Notes: generated from the letters alone by a model not told the origin. Positions 28,274 through 38,378 are shown, numbered from the stretch's first letter. The stretch is DNA of 39,031 nt from Candidatus Poribacteria bacterium (GCA_046582655.1 JAYGDX010000054.1:1-39031), one strand, 5' to 3'. Numbers and translations are program-made.

Positions 28274-29428
28274 TTGAAAATCACAGATGTAAAAACACTG
28301 GTTATGGGAACAAGTTGGCGGAATTTGACTTTCGTTACGGTAGAAACGGATGAAGGCGTTAGCGGAATTAGTGAAGCCCGTATGGTAAACCGAACAGATG
28401 CGCTGCTAGCCTATCTTGACGGCGTAAAACACAGACACGTTATTGGCAACGACCCATTCAATATCGAGGATCTATATTTGAGGATGTTTCGAAACGACTA
28501 TGGGCGTGCTGGCGAAATTGTTTCTACTGGAATCAGTTTGATTGAAATCGCTTGTTGGGATATTATCGGAAAAGTTGTCAATCAACCAGTTTACCGCCTG
28601 CTCGGTGGCGCCTGTCGGGAAAAAATTAAGGCTTACGCCAATGGTTGGTATAAGGTTGAACGCACAGCTGAAGAATTTCATGCCGCTGCCAAAAAGGTAA
28701 TCCAAAAAGGATACAAGGCTCTGAAATTCGATCCGTTCGGTGCAGGTAATTACGAGTTGGAATACGACGAAAAGCAGAGATCCATCTCTCTAGTTGAAGC
28801 GGTTCGAGATGCGGTTGGTGAAGATGTGGAGATTCTGGTTGAGATGCACGGTCGATTCAATCCATCAACGGCAGTCGAGATTGCACGGGAACTTGAGCCG
28901 TTCAAACCGAGTTGGGTAGAAGAACCTGTTCCTCCAGATAATCTGGCGGCCTTAGCCAAAGCTGAGCGAAAGATTAATATCCCCGTGGCAACTGGAGAAC
29001 GACTCTACAATAAGTACGAATATCGTGAACTCATTAATATGCAAGCTGCTGACATTTTGCAGCCTGATATTACCCAAGCAGGCGGATTCTTGGAAACAAA
29101 GAAGATCGCTGCCATGGGAGACGTGTATTACATGCTGGTTGCGCCGCATAACGTCGGTGGCCCCGTGTCCACAGCAACGTCGCTTCATTTCGCTGCCAGT
29201 ACACCCAATTTCAAAATCCAGGAACATTTCAACGATTTCTCTGAAGCCTGGGTCAAAGAGGCGGCTACCGGTTGTCCTGAAGTCGTTGATGGCTATTTCT
29301 CTCTGCCGTCAGGTCCAGGGCTTGGTGTGACCCTCAACGAAGATTTGATCAAAGAACATCCGTATCGTGAGTTGTTTTTCAATTTATGGCAAGACGATTG
29401 GCATCGACGCCAATTAGAGGATGAATAA
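28274..29428 (+). CDS. Mandelate racemase-subgroup acid-sugar dehydratase (galactonate dehydratase-like)
   Basis: YANGWY, KFDPF, EMHGR, WVEEP, ATGER, QPD, APHN, PSGPGLG. Confidence 0.88.
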   Translation: MKITDVKTLVMGTSWRNLTFVTVETDEGVSGISEARMVNRTDALLAYLDGVKHRHVIGNDPFNIEDLYLRMFRNDYGRAGEIVSTGISLIEIACWDIIGKVVNQPVYRLLGGACREKIKAYANGWYKVERTAEEFHAAAKKVIQKGYKALKFDPFGAGNYELEYDEKQRSISLVEAVRDAVGEDVEILVEMHGRFNPSTAVEIARELEPFKPSWVEEPVPPDNLAALAKAERKINIPVATGERLYNKYEYRELINMQAADILQPDITQAGGFLETKKIAAMGDVYYMLVAPHNVGGPVSTATSLHFAASTPNFKIQEHFNDFSEAWVKEAATGCPEVVDGYFSLPSGPGLGVTLNEDLIKEHPYRELFFNLWQDDWHRRQLEDE

Positions 29429-29448
29429 AAGGTTACGGTTACTATGAA

Positions 29449-30363
29449 TCAGAAACCGAGGAGTTTCACCTCCATTTGCAAATCAATTTCCCTCTCAGCT
29501 TTCACGCGGTTTTGTATCAAGTCAATAAGTTCGAGTACGTCTTTCGCTTTGGCATTGCCGTGGTTGATAATGAAGTTACCGTGAGTTTTAGAGACTTCTG
29601 CATCTCCAATTCTTGTGCCCTTGAGACGGCACCCGTCGATCAATTTTCCCGCAGAATGATTCGGCGGATTCTTGAACATACAACCTGCGCTCCCCTCCAC
29701 AAATGGTTGAGTGACAATTTTTCGCTGATAAAATTTCTGCATTAACTGTGTAACTTCTTTCGGACTGCTCTGAACCAAACGCAGAGATATGTCGAACACA
29801 CAAAAGTAGTTGTCCAGTTTGCTCCGGCGATAAGTAAAGCCAGCTTGATCATGACAGAGTTCCAGTATTTCCCCCTTATCTGTCATGACCTGTACCTGCT
29901 CAACACGTTCCCCAAAATTACTGCCCCAAGCACCAGCGTTCATGATCATTGCACCGCCAACCGAACCTGGAATGCCAAGCGCGAATTCAAGACCGCTCAA
30001 TCCGCGGCCCGCGACCGATTTGGCTAATTTTGGCTGTGATACGCCCCCACCAGCACGGACCCTATGACCTTCATATCGAATTTGATCGAAATCACCGACC
30101 AATCGGATTACCACACCTTCAAAACCATTATCGCTCACCAAAAAATTCGATCCACGACCAAGTAAAGCAACCGGCAGCGTCTGCTGGCTTTTGAAGACCG
30201 CAAACCGGATTAAATCCTCGATGGTTCCCACCTCGTAGTAGACAGTTGCAGGACCGCCAATCTCAAAATAGGTATGCTTACTCAACGGTTCACCGAAGCG
30301 CAACCGTGATGCGGGGGAATGACTATTATCCACAATCTCTTGTAGTTCTAACTTCCATTCCAT
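29449..30363 (-). CDS. murB: UDP-N-acetylmuramate dehydrogenase
   Basis: HTYFEIGGPA, LGRGSNFLV, GIPGSVGGA..MNAGA, SAGCMFKNP, HGNFIIN. ATG 30363 is preferred. Confidence 0.96.
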   Translation of the reverse strand: MEWKLELQEIVDNSHSPASRLRFGEPLSKHTYFEIGGPATVYYEVGTIEDLIRFAVFKSQQTLPVALLGRGSNFLVSDNGFEGVVIRLVGDFDQIRYEGHRVRAGGGVSQPKLAKSVAGRGLSGLEFALGIPGSVGGAMIMNAGAWGSNFGERVEQVQVMTDKGEILELCHDQAGFTYRRSKLDNYFCVFDISLRLVQSSPKEVTQLMQKFYQRKIVTQPFVEGSAGCMFKNPPNHSAGKLIDGCRLKGTRIGDAEVSKTHGNFIINHGNAKAKDVLELIDLIQNRVKAEREIDLQMEVKLLGF

Positions 30364-30478
30364 ATTGCTTAACACAGTTCTTTTGATTAATTCAGTCAAT
30401 ATCTGCTATCATTTTTGTATAAATAGTAGCAGGTCTGGTTAGCCCCTGCAAGTTATCAGAACTGTGAAGCGGAGGGGA

Positions 30479-31525
30479 ATGATGGTTAGAGTTGGGATTG
30501 TTGGTGCATCAGGTTACACTAGCAGTGAGTTAATGCGTTTGTTGGTAACCCATCCTAAGGACTTAAAGATTGAACTGGTAACTTCCGAGACATTTGCTGG
30601 ACAGCGTGTTGACCATGTCCTACCAAATCTCCGGGGCTTTATTAACCTTGATTTCGAGAAGTTGGAAATCCAAAGCTTGAGGAATCGGGTTGATGTTGTC
30701 GTACTAGCGGTTCCACACAAAGTGGCTATGGAATTTGTTCCTCAGATCCGAAATCAGGGCATCCGTGTAATTGATTTTAGTGCCGATTACCGATTAAATG
30801 ACCAATTGGTCTATGAAAAATGGTACGGTATCGATCATACAGATCCTGATCGTATGCCAAACGCTGTTTACGGTTTGCCTGAACGCTATCGTGATCAGAT
30901 CCGTACAGCCGATTTAGTTGCTAATCCAGGCTGCTATCCAACAACTTCAATTCTACCGTCTATTCCACTAATTAGCGAAAATCTCGTTGAACTTGATCAA
31001 ATCATCATCGACGCCAAATCCGGTATTTCAGGTGCGGGAAGCAAACCGACAGATACAACACATTACCCTAATCGCGAATCCAATCTGGTAGCTTATGGGT
31101 TGGTCTCCCATCGGCACACACCAGAAATTGAACAGGAACTGAGCGCCATCAATGGAGACGAGATTGTTGTCAACTTTACGCCGCATCTAGTACCAATGAC
31201 GCGTGGGATTTTGACTACCTTGTACTTTAAACTCAAGCAATCCATGTCAACCCAAGATCTTTTAGGTATCTATGCAGATTTCTACCGAAACGAACCGTTC
31301 ATACGCGTTCTGGATCTAGGTGAGTATCCGCAAACAAAGGCGGTACTCAGCAGTAATTTTTGCGATATTGGCCTAGAGGTTGATCCTCGTACCAATAGGG
31401 TAATCGTGATAGCAGCAACTGACAATATAGTGAAAGGTGCCTCCGGCACAGTGGTACAGAACTTGAACCTAATGTTTGGGTATGATGAAACCGCAGGCCT
31501 GATGATCCCCGGGCTTATGCCATAA
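30479..31525 (+). CDS. argC: N-acetyl-gamma-glutamyl-phosphate reductase
   Basis: VGASGY, DFSADYR, YGLPE, ANPGCYPT, SGISGAG, HRHTPEI, DNIVKGASG. Confidence 0.97.
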   Translation: MMVRVGIVGASGYTSSELMRLLVTHPKDLKIELVTSETFAGQRVDHVLPNLRGFINLDFEKLEIQSLRNRVDVVVLAVPHKVAMEFVPQIRNQGIRVIDFSADYRLNDQLVYEKWYGIDHTDPDRMPNAVYGLPERYRDQIRTADLVANPGCYPTTSILPSIPLISENLVELDQIIIDAKSGISGAGSKPTDTTHYPNRESNLVAYGLVSHRHTPEIEQELSAINGDEIVVNFTPHLVPMTRGILTTLYFKLKQSMSTQDLLGIYADFYRNEPFIRVLDLGEYPQTKAVLSSNFCDIGLEVDPRTNRVIVIAATDNIVKGASGTVVQNLNLMFGYDETAGLMIPGLMP

Positions 31526-31536
31526 TATGGTTTAGG

Positions 31537-32682
31537 ATGACCACCGATTCTCAATTATCAGTTGACGATCAAAAGCTAGTTGTCATTATCGCTGGTGAAC
31601 CGTCAGGAGATCTACATGCCTCACAGGTAGCCCAAAGGCTGAAAGAGAAGTTACCTGAAATCGAGTTGATAGGCATGGGAGGTGACTTGATGGAATCAGC
31701 GGGCGTTAAGTTGCTGTTTCATATCCGTGATTCAGCTGTCATGGGAATCAGCGAAGTGCTTAACACCATTCCAGCATTTTTGCAAAAGCAGCGCGATCTC
31801 AAAAAACTGATTACCACTAAGAAACCATCAGTGGTTGTTCTTGTCGATTTTGGTGATTTTAATTTAGGAATAGCCAAATTCGCGCATCAGTTGGGTATCC
31901 CAACAATATACTATATTCCACCCAAGGCATGGGCATGGCGCGCAGGTCGTGCCGAAAAATTGGCCAAGACTACTAGTATAATTGCCTCAATTTTCCCCTT
32001 TGAAACTGAATTTTATCGTGAGAAGGGAGCGAACGTGGAGTTTGTCGGACATCCATTACTTGACGTCGCTCAAACCGATTTCACACAGTCAGAAGCACGG
32101 CAACTCTTTGACATTGCAGACAATTGTCCCGTTGTAGGTTTAATGCCTGGTAGCCGTTGGAAAGAAATACAGTACCTATTGCCGATTATGCTTGAAGTTG
32201 CACGCAACCTTCTACGGCGGATTCCATCGTGCCGATTTATTCTCCCTTTAGCACCAGGGATCGACCGGCAATTTCTGCCCAATATGCCTTTTGTCGAAAT
32301 AACTGAGGGTGCCGTCTACCCGTCAATGAGAGCCTCGGATCTTATACTTGTAGCATCTGGAACCTCCACACTGGAAGCTGCTTGTATCGGTACACCAATG
32401 ATTATTGTTTACAAAGTTTCGTTGTTGACTTGGTGGATAATACAGCATTTCGTCAATCTCGAATTAAGCGGTTTACCCAACATTATTGCTGGTCGCGAAA
32501 TTGTTCCAGAATTGTTGCAGGATGAGGTAACAACCAATCAGATAACTACCATCGCGATTGACCTCCTTGAGAATCCTGATCGATGCCAAAAACAACGGGA
32601 AGAACTCAAACGAGTTTCTGATTCTCTTGGGGCAACTGGTGCAAGGAACCGGGTTGCCGATTTAATCTTAAATTATGTATAG
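31537..32682 (+). CDS. lpxB: Lipid-A-disaccharide synthase
   Basis: AGEPSGDLH, YYIPPKAWAWR, IFPFE, FVGHPL, LMPGSR, ASGTSTLE. Confidence 0.95.
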   Translation: MTTDSQLSVDDQKLVVIIAGEPSGDLHASQVAQRLKEKLPEIELIGMGGDLMESAGVKLLFHIRDSAVMGISEVLNTIPAFLQKQRDLKKLITTKKPSVVVLVDFGDFNLGIAKFAHQLGIPTIYYIPPKAWAWRAGRAEKLAKTTSIIASIFPFETEFYREKGANVEFVGHPLLDVAQTDFTQSEARQLFDIADNCPVVGLMPGSRWKEIQYLLPIMLEVARNLLRRIPSCRFILPLAPGIDRQFLPNMPFVEITEGAVYPSMRASDLILVASGTSTLEAACIGTPMIIVYKVSLLTWWIIQHFVNLELSGLPNIIAGREIVPELLQDEVTTNQITTIAIDLLENPDRCQKQREELKRVSDSLGATGARNRVADLILNYV

Positions 32683-33796
32683 CAGATACTTTATATTGAG
32701 AATCTATGCCATCCTGACAGGCGAATCTGTCAGTGTCATTTCCTCAGTCGTTCGAATCATTTTGATGCCGTTGAGTTGGGTTTACGGTTTGATCGTGGTG
32801 GCACGAAATTACCTCTATGATCGAGAGATACTAGCATCCCTTGATCTGGCTTGTGGCATCATCAGCGTTGGCAACATAGTTACAGGTGGTACAGGTAAGA
32901 CCCCGATCGTTATCTGGCTAGCCAAGCATTTCTGGAATTCTGGTTATAGGGTAGCCATTATTCTAAGAGGTTATAAAAGGCAAGCCAAATCAGAAATAGG
33001 AATCGTATCAGACGGCACAAAAATCCTACTCTCATCTGAGGAAAGTGGTGACGAGGCGTTCATGATTGCACTGGAACTTCCTGAAATCCCAGTGCTGGTA
33101 TCCAAGGATCGGTATAAAGCCGGAATCGAAGCAATCAGAAAATGGGATACCCAAGTCATTATACTGGACGATGGTTTCCAACATCAGCAATTGAAACGCG
33201 ATCTTGATATCGTGGTCATGGATAGTAAACACCCCTTTGGCAATGGACAACTGCTGCCAGCCGGCATCTTACGTGAACCCAAGCGGTCTCTCCAACGCGT
33301 AGATCTGTTGTTACTTACCCATACTAATTTCGTCTCCAACTTGTCACAGACACGTTTAAAAATTGAAACTATTGCTGGGCAGAAACCAATATTTGAGAGC
33401 CAATATCACCCAACAAGACTCTACAAATTAGGTGATTCGCAGGATTTACCGTTCGATTCCTTGAAGAATCAGAGAATTCTTCTGGTCTGCGGAATTGGAA
33501 ATCCTGCAACTTTCGCTCGCATCGTTGAAGCATCCCAACCGAGCCATATTGAACTGATGGCGTTTTCAGATCACTACCCATATAAGAAAAACGATATACT
33601 GCACATCCAAAAACGAGCGCAAATAATGAAAGCGGACATAATCATCACAACCCAAAAAGATGAACAGAAGTTGCGCCTGTATGCTGATCGACTGCTAATT
33701 TTCGTTTTAGCAATTGAGGTTCGATTCTCACTAGAACATGGAAAATCAATGAAAGACATGCTTAACGTATATGCACAAACATGTTTGCCACTCTAA
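32675..33796 (+). CDS. lpxK: Tetraacyldisaccharide 4'-kinase
   Basis: SVGNIVTGGTGKTP, GDE, ILDDGFQH, LLPAGILRE, GIGNP, TTQKD. Confidence 0.95.
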   Translation: MYSRYFILRIYAILTGESVSVISSVVRIILMPLSWVYGLIVVARNYLYDREILASLDLACGIISVGNIVTGGTGKTPIVIWLAKHFWNSGYRVAIILRGYKRQAKSEIGIVSDGTKILLSSEESGDEAFMIALELPEIPVLVSKDRYKAGIEAIRKWDTQVIILDDGFQHQQLKRDLDIVVMDSKHPFGNGQLLPAGILREPKRSLQRVDLLLLTHTNFVSNLSQTRLKIETIAGQKPIFESQYHPTRLYKLGDSQDLPFDSLKNQRILLVCGIGNPATFARIVEASQPSHIELMAFSDHYPYKKNDILHIQKRAQIMKADIIITTQKDEQKLRLYADRLLIFVLAIEVRFSLEHGKSMKDMLNVYAQTCLPL

Positions 33797-34015
33797 CTCC
33801 CAATATTTTGACAGCCCTGTTTGCCAAGAATATCACGGAGGCAGACGAAAGTGGCTATTAATAATGATCCGGGGTACTGCGACCAAATCAAATCCAGAAA
33901 ACAGCTAAGTATTAAAAATGAAATTCACCACCGGATTCTTCATGCCTCTCAATCCTTAACTTGTATATTCCCCGATTAGAATGCTGCCAAGATTGATCTT
34001 AAAACCATTGTTGGA

Positions 34016-34310
34016 ATTGGGAATAAGAGCTATATCTCACAGAAGCTGTTTGACCTTCTGTTGGTTGCTGGTGCTGGGAACCAAGGCAAGGCGGAACATG
34101 AGAAACTAGCTGACGCCATTGTGAAATAAGCTTCTACTAGGCAAGCGAGAAATTATTAAAACCATTGGTGATCAGTTGAAAAACATCTACCTGATATGGC
34201 AGTGGGATTAACTTTCTGCTCAATGTCATTTCAGCTTTGATTGCCTACTCTTAACCAAGAGAAGAAACCCTCATTGAATCTGCGAGTTAAGGACTTAGCT
34301 GATTCATCAG
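34016..34310 (+). mobile_element. Degraded IS982-family transposase remnant (3' part)
   Basis: Hand translation across frameshifts: IGNKSYISQKLFDLL / TKARRNMRN*LTPL*NKLLLGKREIIKTIGDQLKNI / SGINFLLNVISALIAYS / QEKKPSLNL. This matches the IS982 C-terminal pattern GDKGYIS..NMKN.LM..DKLLLRKR..IET..DQLKN..LIAY..KKPSL. Confidence 0.85.
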
Positions 34311-34311
34311 T

Positions 34312-34579
34312 GGAGAGGGAGTTTTATTTATCGAGTCAATAATCAAGCAGATTCAAGATCCAGCTTTAAGACACCAATTAATGCTGGTCGTTGACGGTTA
34401 TGACAGTAAGTTCATTCAACGGTAGATAAGCTTGTTAAAGCCAAGGTCCAGTAGTTAGGGAAGTATATTGAAATCATCACCCAAGGAGTGACCATGATGG
34501 CGACAGGTGAAGATCATCGACAATAAGAGCAGAATTATCAGCCATGATTGGAGAAATAAATACAGGTAACTCTATTTGA
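34312..34579 (+). pseudogene. Decayed gene fragment resembling MotA cytoplasmic helices without the transmembrane segments
   Basis: EGVLFIESIIKQIQDPALRHQLMLVVDGYDSKFIQR / VDKLVKAKVQ*LGKYIEIITQGVTMMATGEDHRQ / IRAELSAMIGE. Two frameshifts and a TAG at 34452. Confidence 0.6.
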
Positions 34580-34695
34580 CCATTTGTCATCGCTAAAAAG
34601 CCGGGGATCCTACTAAGTCGGAGCTCGCTTAATAAGTTGGCTCACCGATAGGAACAAAGTCCAGCTGATGGCAGGGAGCTATAGTTTTATGACAA

Positions 34696-34734
34696 CATGC
34701 GTCAAACCCTTACTAATATTGTGTTTGACGCATG
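34696..34734. terminator. Perfect 12-bp inverted repeat just downstream of the CRTAC1 gene (possible terminator)
   Basis: CATGCGTCAAAC (34696-34707), 15-nt loop, GTTTGACGCATG (34723-34734). No clear U-tract. Confidence 0.5.
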
Positions 34735-34766
34735 ATTTTGGCGATATGCCTCGGCAAATCATCTTC

Positions 34767-37082
34767 TTACTTCCCGGAGAGTTTCAACTGTTTTAATTCG
34801 AGAGTTGTGATCGTTGTTTCACCCTCGACGATTTGAATGAATTGATCAGTTGGTATATTGTGAAATGTCTGTGTGAGCCCAGAAGTCGGCCAGAACACCT
34901 CAAGGGTCTCGATTTTCGAAGCCTTCCCAAGCCCAATCGTTTGTCGAAGGGGATTAGCACCGAAACTTCCACCGCTGTTGACATGCTTGTAGATTGAACG
35001 ACGCACCCCGTTTTCAACCACTTTAGCACGAATACGCGCACCGATTGCCGATCGGTTAGAGCGAATACCAATAAGTTTGACAGTTATCCAGTGATTACCA
35101 AATCCGTCGTTTTCATACAGGACGTTGTTGTACCTATCAGCGGGGAAAGCTCCACCCATTTGCTCGAAGATATCCTGATCGCCGTCATTGTCCAAGTCAG
35201 CAAAGACAACGCCATGCCCCTTTTGTATGTGGGCAAAACCACCGGCATAACTCACTTCAACGAAGCGAGTACCACCTTTATTTCGGTACATGACACCCGG
35301 CATGATGTTCCAAAGATCCGGGTTTCCAGTCCCAAGGTAAAAATCAAGATAGCCATCGTTATCAAGATCTCCGAAATTAGATCCCATCGGCGCGTTGGGA
35401 CGTATCAGATTGCATTGTTTGGCGACTTCCTCAAAACCGCCCTGCCCGTTGCCTCGATATAGATGTGCAAAAACGTCTGGAGACACAGGCATATCAAGCA
35501 GATTCGCCGCAAGAACTGCAATATTGGCAGAATAGGCGGATACATATAAGTCCAATACCCCATCGTTGTTAAAATCCCAAAACCAAGCAGGAAAGCTAAA
35601 AATCAAGCCAGCGACACCAAGTTCTCTAGCGACATCGGTGAATGTCCCATTGCCATTATTGCGATACAAGCGATTGACCCCTCCAAGATTAGACACGTAA
35701 AGATCTGGCCAACGATCGTCATTGTAATCTCCCCAAATTATGGCCTTGCTTGCACCAAAGTTTTGTACCCCCGCTTTGGCAGCAACATCGGTAAAAGTGC
35801 CATCACCATTGTTTTGGAAAAGCTGGCTAGGAGTATTCTTTAATTCCTCATTCGATTCGTTACCAATATACAAATCAAGGTCCCCATCGTTGTCGTAATC
35901 GCCCCAGGACGCTGTCTGAGTTGGGTAATGGACCTCCCCCAATCCAACGTCGAAGGTAACATCCGTGAAGCTACCGTTACCATTGTTGCGCAACAGAGAG
36001 TTCGGGTGTTTACCATTCTTTCCGAGCCAAGCTCCACGCAACACAAAAACATCGACGTCTCCATCGTTGTCATAGTCTGCCTGAACAAGGTTAAGGCCAC
36101 CATACAAACCCATCAATCCTGCCGCTTGTGTTTCTTCTGAAAAAGTCCCGTCATGATTGTTTCTAAAAAAACGGATCTGACCGGCAGTATCCCAGGTTGA
36201 AACCATGATATCAAGGTATCCATCATTATCAAAATCGTCGGCGATAGCACCACCGGACATATCAAAAGTATCAAGCCCTAGACTTGGTGCGATGTTCGTG
36301 AAACGCGGAATCTTTTCCTCGGATTCGAAGGCTTTCGACGGAATCAGGTACGGCTTGGGGACTTGCTCTGGGTAAGCGCCAATTGTCATATAAGCAAGGT
36401 TGAGTAACCATCTGGCTTGCAGATGAAAGAAGTCGCGTTCCACTGTGTTTTGTAGAATTTCTGTGAAATGTTTAATTGCCTTTCGGGATGGAGTTTGCTG
36501 TGTGTGGATAGCACTGTCCCGCAACGGAAGAATACAGCTGTCAGCTGTATTCTTCAAGCAACAGTTTTGCGTTTCGCCGAGCCGCATGTACGCCACCCCA
36601 AGGCGAAAGTGAGTTCCATTAATTGCTACCGATGGTGCCTTAAACTTCGGCTGGGTAATCAACTCGAGCGCCTTTGTAAATCGATCAATCGCCTCTGTTT
36701 CTTTACCAAGGTTAAGCTGCGCTTGTGCCAATTGCATATGAATCTCCCACTGACGCCGAATTGGCGCATCGGCGGGGAGGGAGGAGAATTGGGCTTGCAA
36801 TCGACGCACAATGCCCGAACCGATGTAGGTGTTTTCCTCTGAGGTGTGGTCGGCAATCCGCTGGAGAAGTTCAAGCATCTTCTGACGCTTCGATGGGGTT
36901 CTAGAGGTGGCAGTGGCCGCAGCATATGGATAGTTGGAACCTTCAAACGGAATTGAAAACCAATCTGGAACCCCTCCGTAAACATTAATAAAAACGGGCA
37001 CAATCAGAATAAGTGTAACTGATTTTACAATACGTAACTTGCACATTTGTGGTACATTTCCCACTAATATAATGTTTTTCAC
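34767..37082 (-). CDS. CRTAC1-family protein: TPR-like N-terminus, seven FG-GAP/VCBS Ca-binding blades, ASPIC-UnbV C-terminus
   Basis: AYMRLGETQNCC, seven D(F/Y/L)xNDx motifs, C-terminal NRSAIGARI..SGGSFG..IGLG..VFWP. Alternative ATG at 37046 gives a signal-like start. Confidence 0.9.
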   Translation of the reverse strand: MKNIILVGNVPQMCKLRIVKSVTLILIVPVFINVYGGVPDWFSIPFEGSNYPYAAATATSRTPSKRQKMLELLQRIADHTSEENTYIGSGIVRRLQAQFSSLPADAPIRRQWEIHMQLAQAQLNLGKETEAIDRFTKALELITQPKFKAPSVAINGTHFRLGVAYMRLGETQNCCLKNTADSCILPLRDSAIHTQQTPSRKAIKHFTEILQNTVERDFFHLQARWLLNLAYMTIGAYPEQVPKPYLIPSKAFESEEKIPRFTNIAPSLGLDTFDMSGGAIADDFDNDGYLDIMVSTWDTAGQIRFFRNNHDGTFSEETQAAGLMGLYGGLNLVQADYDNDGDVDVFVLRGAWLGKNGKHPNSLLRNNGNGSFTDVTFDVGLGEVHYPTQTASWGDYDNDGDLDLYIGNESNEELKNTPSQLFQNNGDGTFTDVAAKAGVQNFGASKAIIWGDYNDDRWPDLYVSNLGGVNRLYRNNGNGTFTDVARELGVAGLIFSFPAWFWDFNNDGVLDLYVSAYSANIAVLAANLLDMPVSPDVFAHLYRGNGQGGFEEVAKQCNLIRPNAPMGSNFGDLDNDGYLDFYLGTGNPDLWNIMPGVMYRNKGGTRFVEVSYAGGFAHIQKGHGVVFADLDNDGDQDIFEQMGGAFPADRYNNVLYENDGFGNHWITVKLIGIRSNRSAIGARIRAKVVENGVRRSIYKHVNSGGSFGANPLRQTIGLGKASKIETLEVFWPTSGLTQTFHNIPTDQFIQIVEGETTITTLELKQLKLSGK

Positions 37083-37526
37083 AAAAATATATTCAGCTTT
37101 ATATCAACGGGTTTCAATTGGTTAGTTGGATAAGTAAAAACAGATATTATCGACATCTTTATACCCAACTATTTTGGAATCGATAGCGGATGAGACAGAA
37201 TGGCAACTCAGGACTGCCCCGCGACAGAAGCTACGATAGAAAACTAACCTAACCTTATACTTGAATTATAACTTAAATACAGTACATAAAGTCTGTAAGT
37301 TAAAGTACAGAAATACACCTAATTCCCGTAATATTACTTTTGAATGTATTAAACATCAAATCTTTAGTACAGAATGAAAAGGATTTTTGCGGGACATTTC
37401 GGATTGTTCCACTTAATACGATTTCACCATAACGTCAAACTTTGTCAAAGTACACACCAACCCTAACTATTCCACCTCTGTACCAGCGGGTGTAGTTAGA
37501 TATAGATTTCAATTCTTCCAGCTATC

Positions 37527-38378
37527 TTACCCCTGATGCCAATTGCCCCACAGTTTGGGTTCAGAGGCAGGAAACCCTTTACCGACCAACTCTTCCCCAT
37601 GACCAACCTCGAATCCTGGAACCAAGACATGATTCCCTGATTGAGATAAGTTGACGCGAGTGCCTTTGGCCATGAAGATCATGATATGGGCACGACGCTG
37701 ATTTTGGGTAATATTGGGGGGTGTTGCATGAAAATTGAGACAATGGTGGAACATACACTCACCAGCTTTGATCTCAACGGGCGTCCCAAATGATGCGGGT
37801 TGTTTCGAAATTTTATCCCGCTCCGATTCCATAATTTCATTTGCCGCTTTGGCTTGCTGTTCTTCTCTGTGTGCCTCTGGAACAAAGCGTGGATCAGCAT
37901 GACTTCCTGGAATGACGTGCATACATCCACTATCGACCGTGGCATCGTCCAATGCCAGCCAGCAAGTTACGATTTCTGGCCGATCAAGCGGCCAAAAATA
38001 AAAATCCTGATGAAATTGAAAATGATCATTATCATCAGGAGGTTTGGAGATGATCTGGTCATGCCAGAGTCGGACTTGAGATGTGCTGAGCAAGGCACAC
38101 AAAATCCCCGAAATAGTTGGGTGATGCAACAGACGTTCGTATGCTGGTTCGCGCTTCCACACATTTACGAATTGTGTAATTGATCGTCGGCTGGAATCAT
38201 CACCTCTTCGGTGCCCGAAATGGAATTCCGGTTCAGAATCGTCGCCACCGGCTTGTTCAATTTGGATCACTCGATCAAGCCCATCTCTCAGCTCTTCTAC
38301 CTCCTCCACATCCAGAACAGGTCCGTATTTTAAATAGCCATTCTGTTGGAAAAATCGAACTTGCTTTTGTTCAATCAT
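37527..38378 (-). CDS. Phytanoyl-CoA dioxygenase (PhyH) family Fe(II)/2OG oxygenase
   Basis: FFQQNGYL, HQD, WLALDDATVDSGCMHVIPGSH, FHH..FH, RRA. Confidence 0.92.
   Translation of the reverse strand: MIEQKQVRFFQQNGYLKYGPVLDVEEVEELRDGLDRVIQIEQAGGDDSEPEFHFGHRRGDDSSRRSITQFVNVWKREPAYERLLHHPTISGILCALLSTSQVRLWHDQIISKPPDDNDHFQFHQDFYFWPLDRPEIVTCWLALDDATVDSGCMHVIPGSHADPRFVPEAHREEQQAKAANEIMESERDKISKQPASFGTPVEIKAGECMFHHCLNFHATPPNITQNQRRAHIMIFMAKGTRVNLSQSGNHVLVPGFEVGHGEELVGKGFPASEPKLWGNWHQG

Noticed and set aside
33989..34018. KIDLKTIVGI as the MotA N-terminus belonging to the downstream relic
   Set aside because: Too short, and equally explained as the degraded IS982 segment preceding GDKGY.
37205..37232. 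ACTGCCCCGCGACAG resembling a cobalamin riboswitch core
   Set aside because: No upstream GGGAA or B12 box, and it is on the strand opposite both flanking genes.
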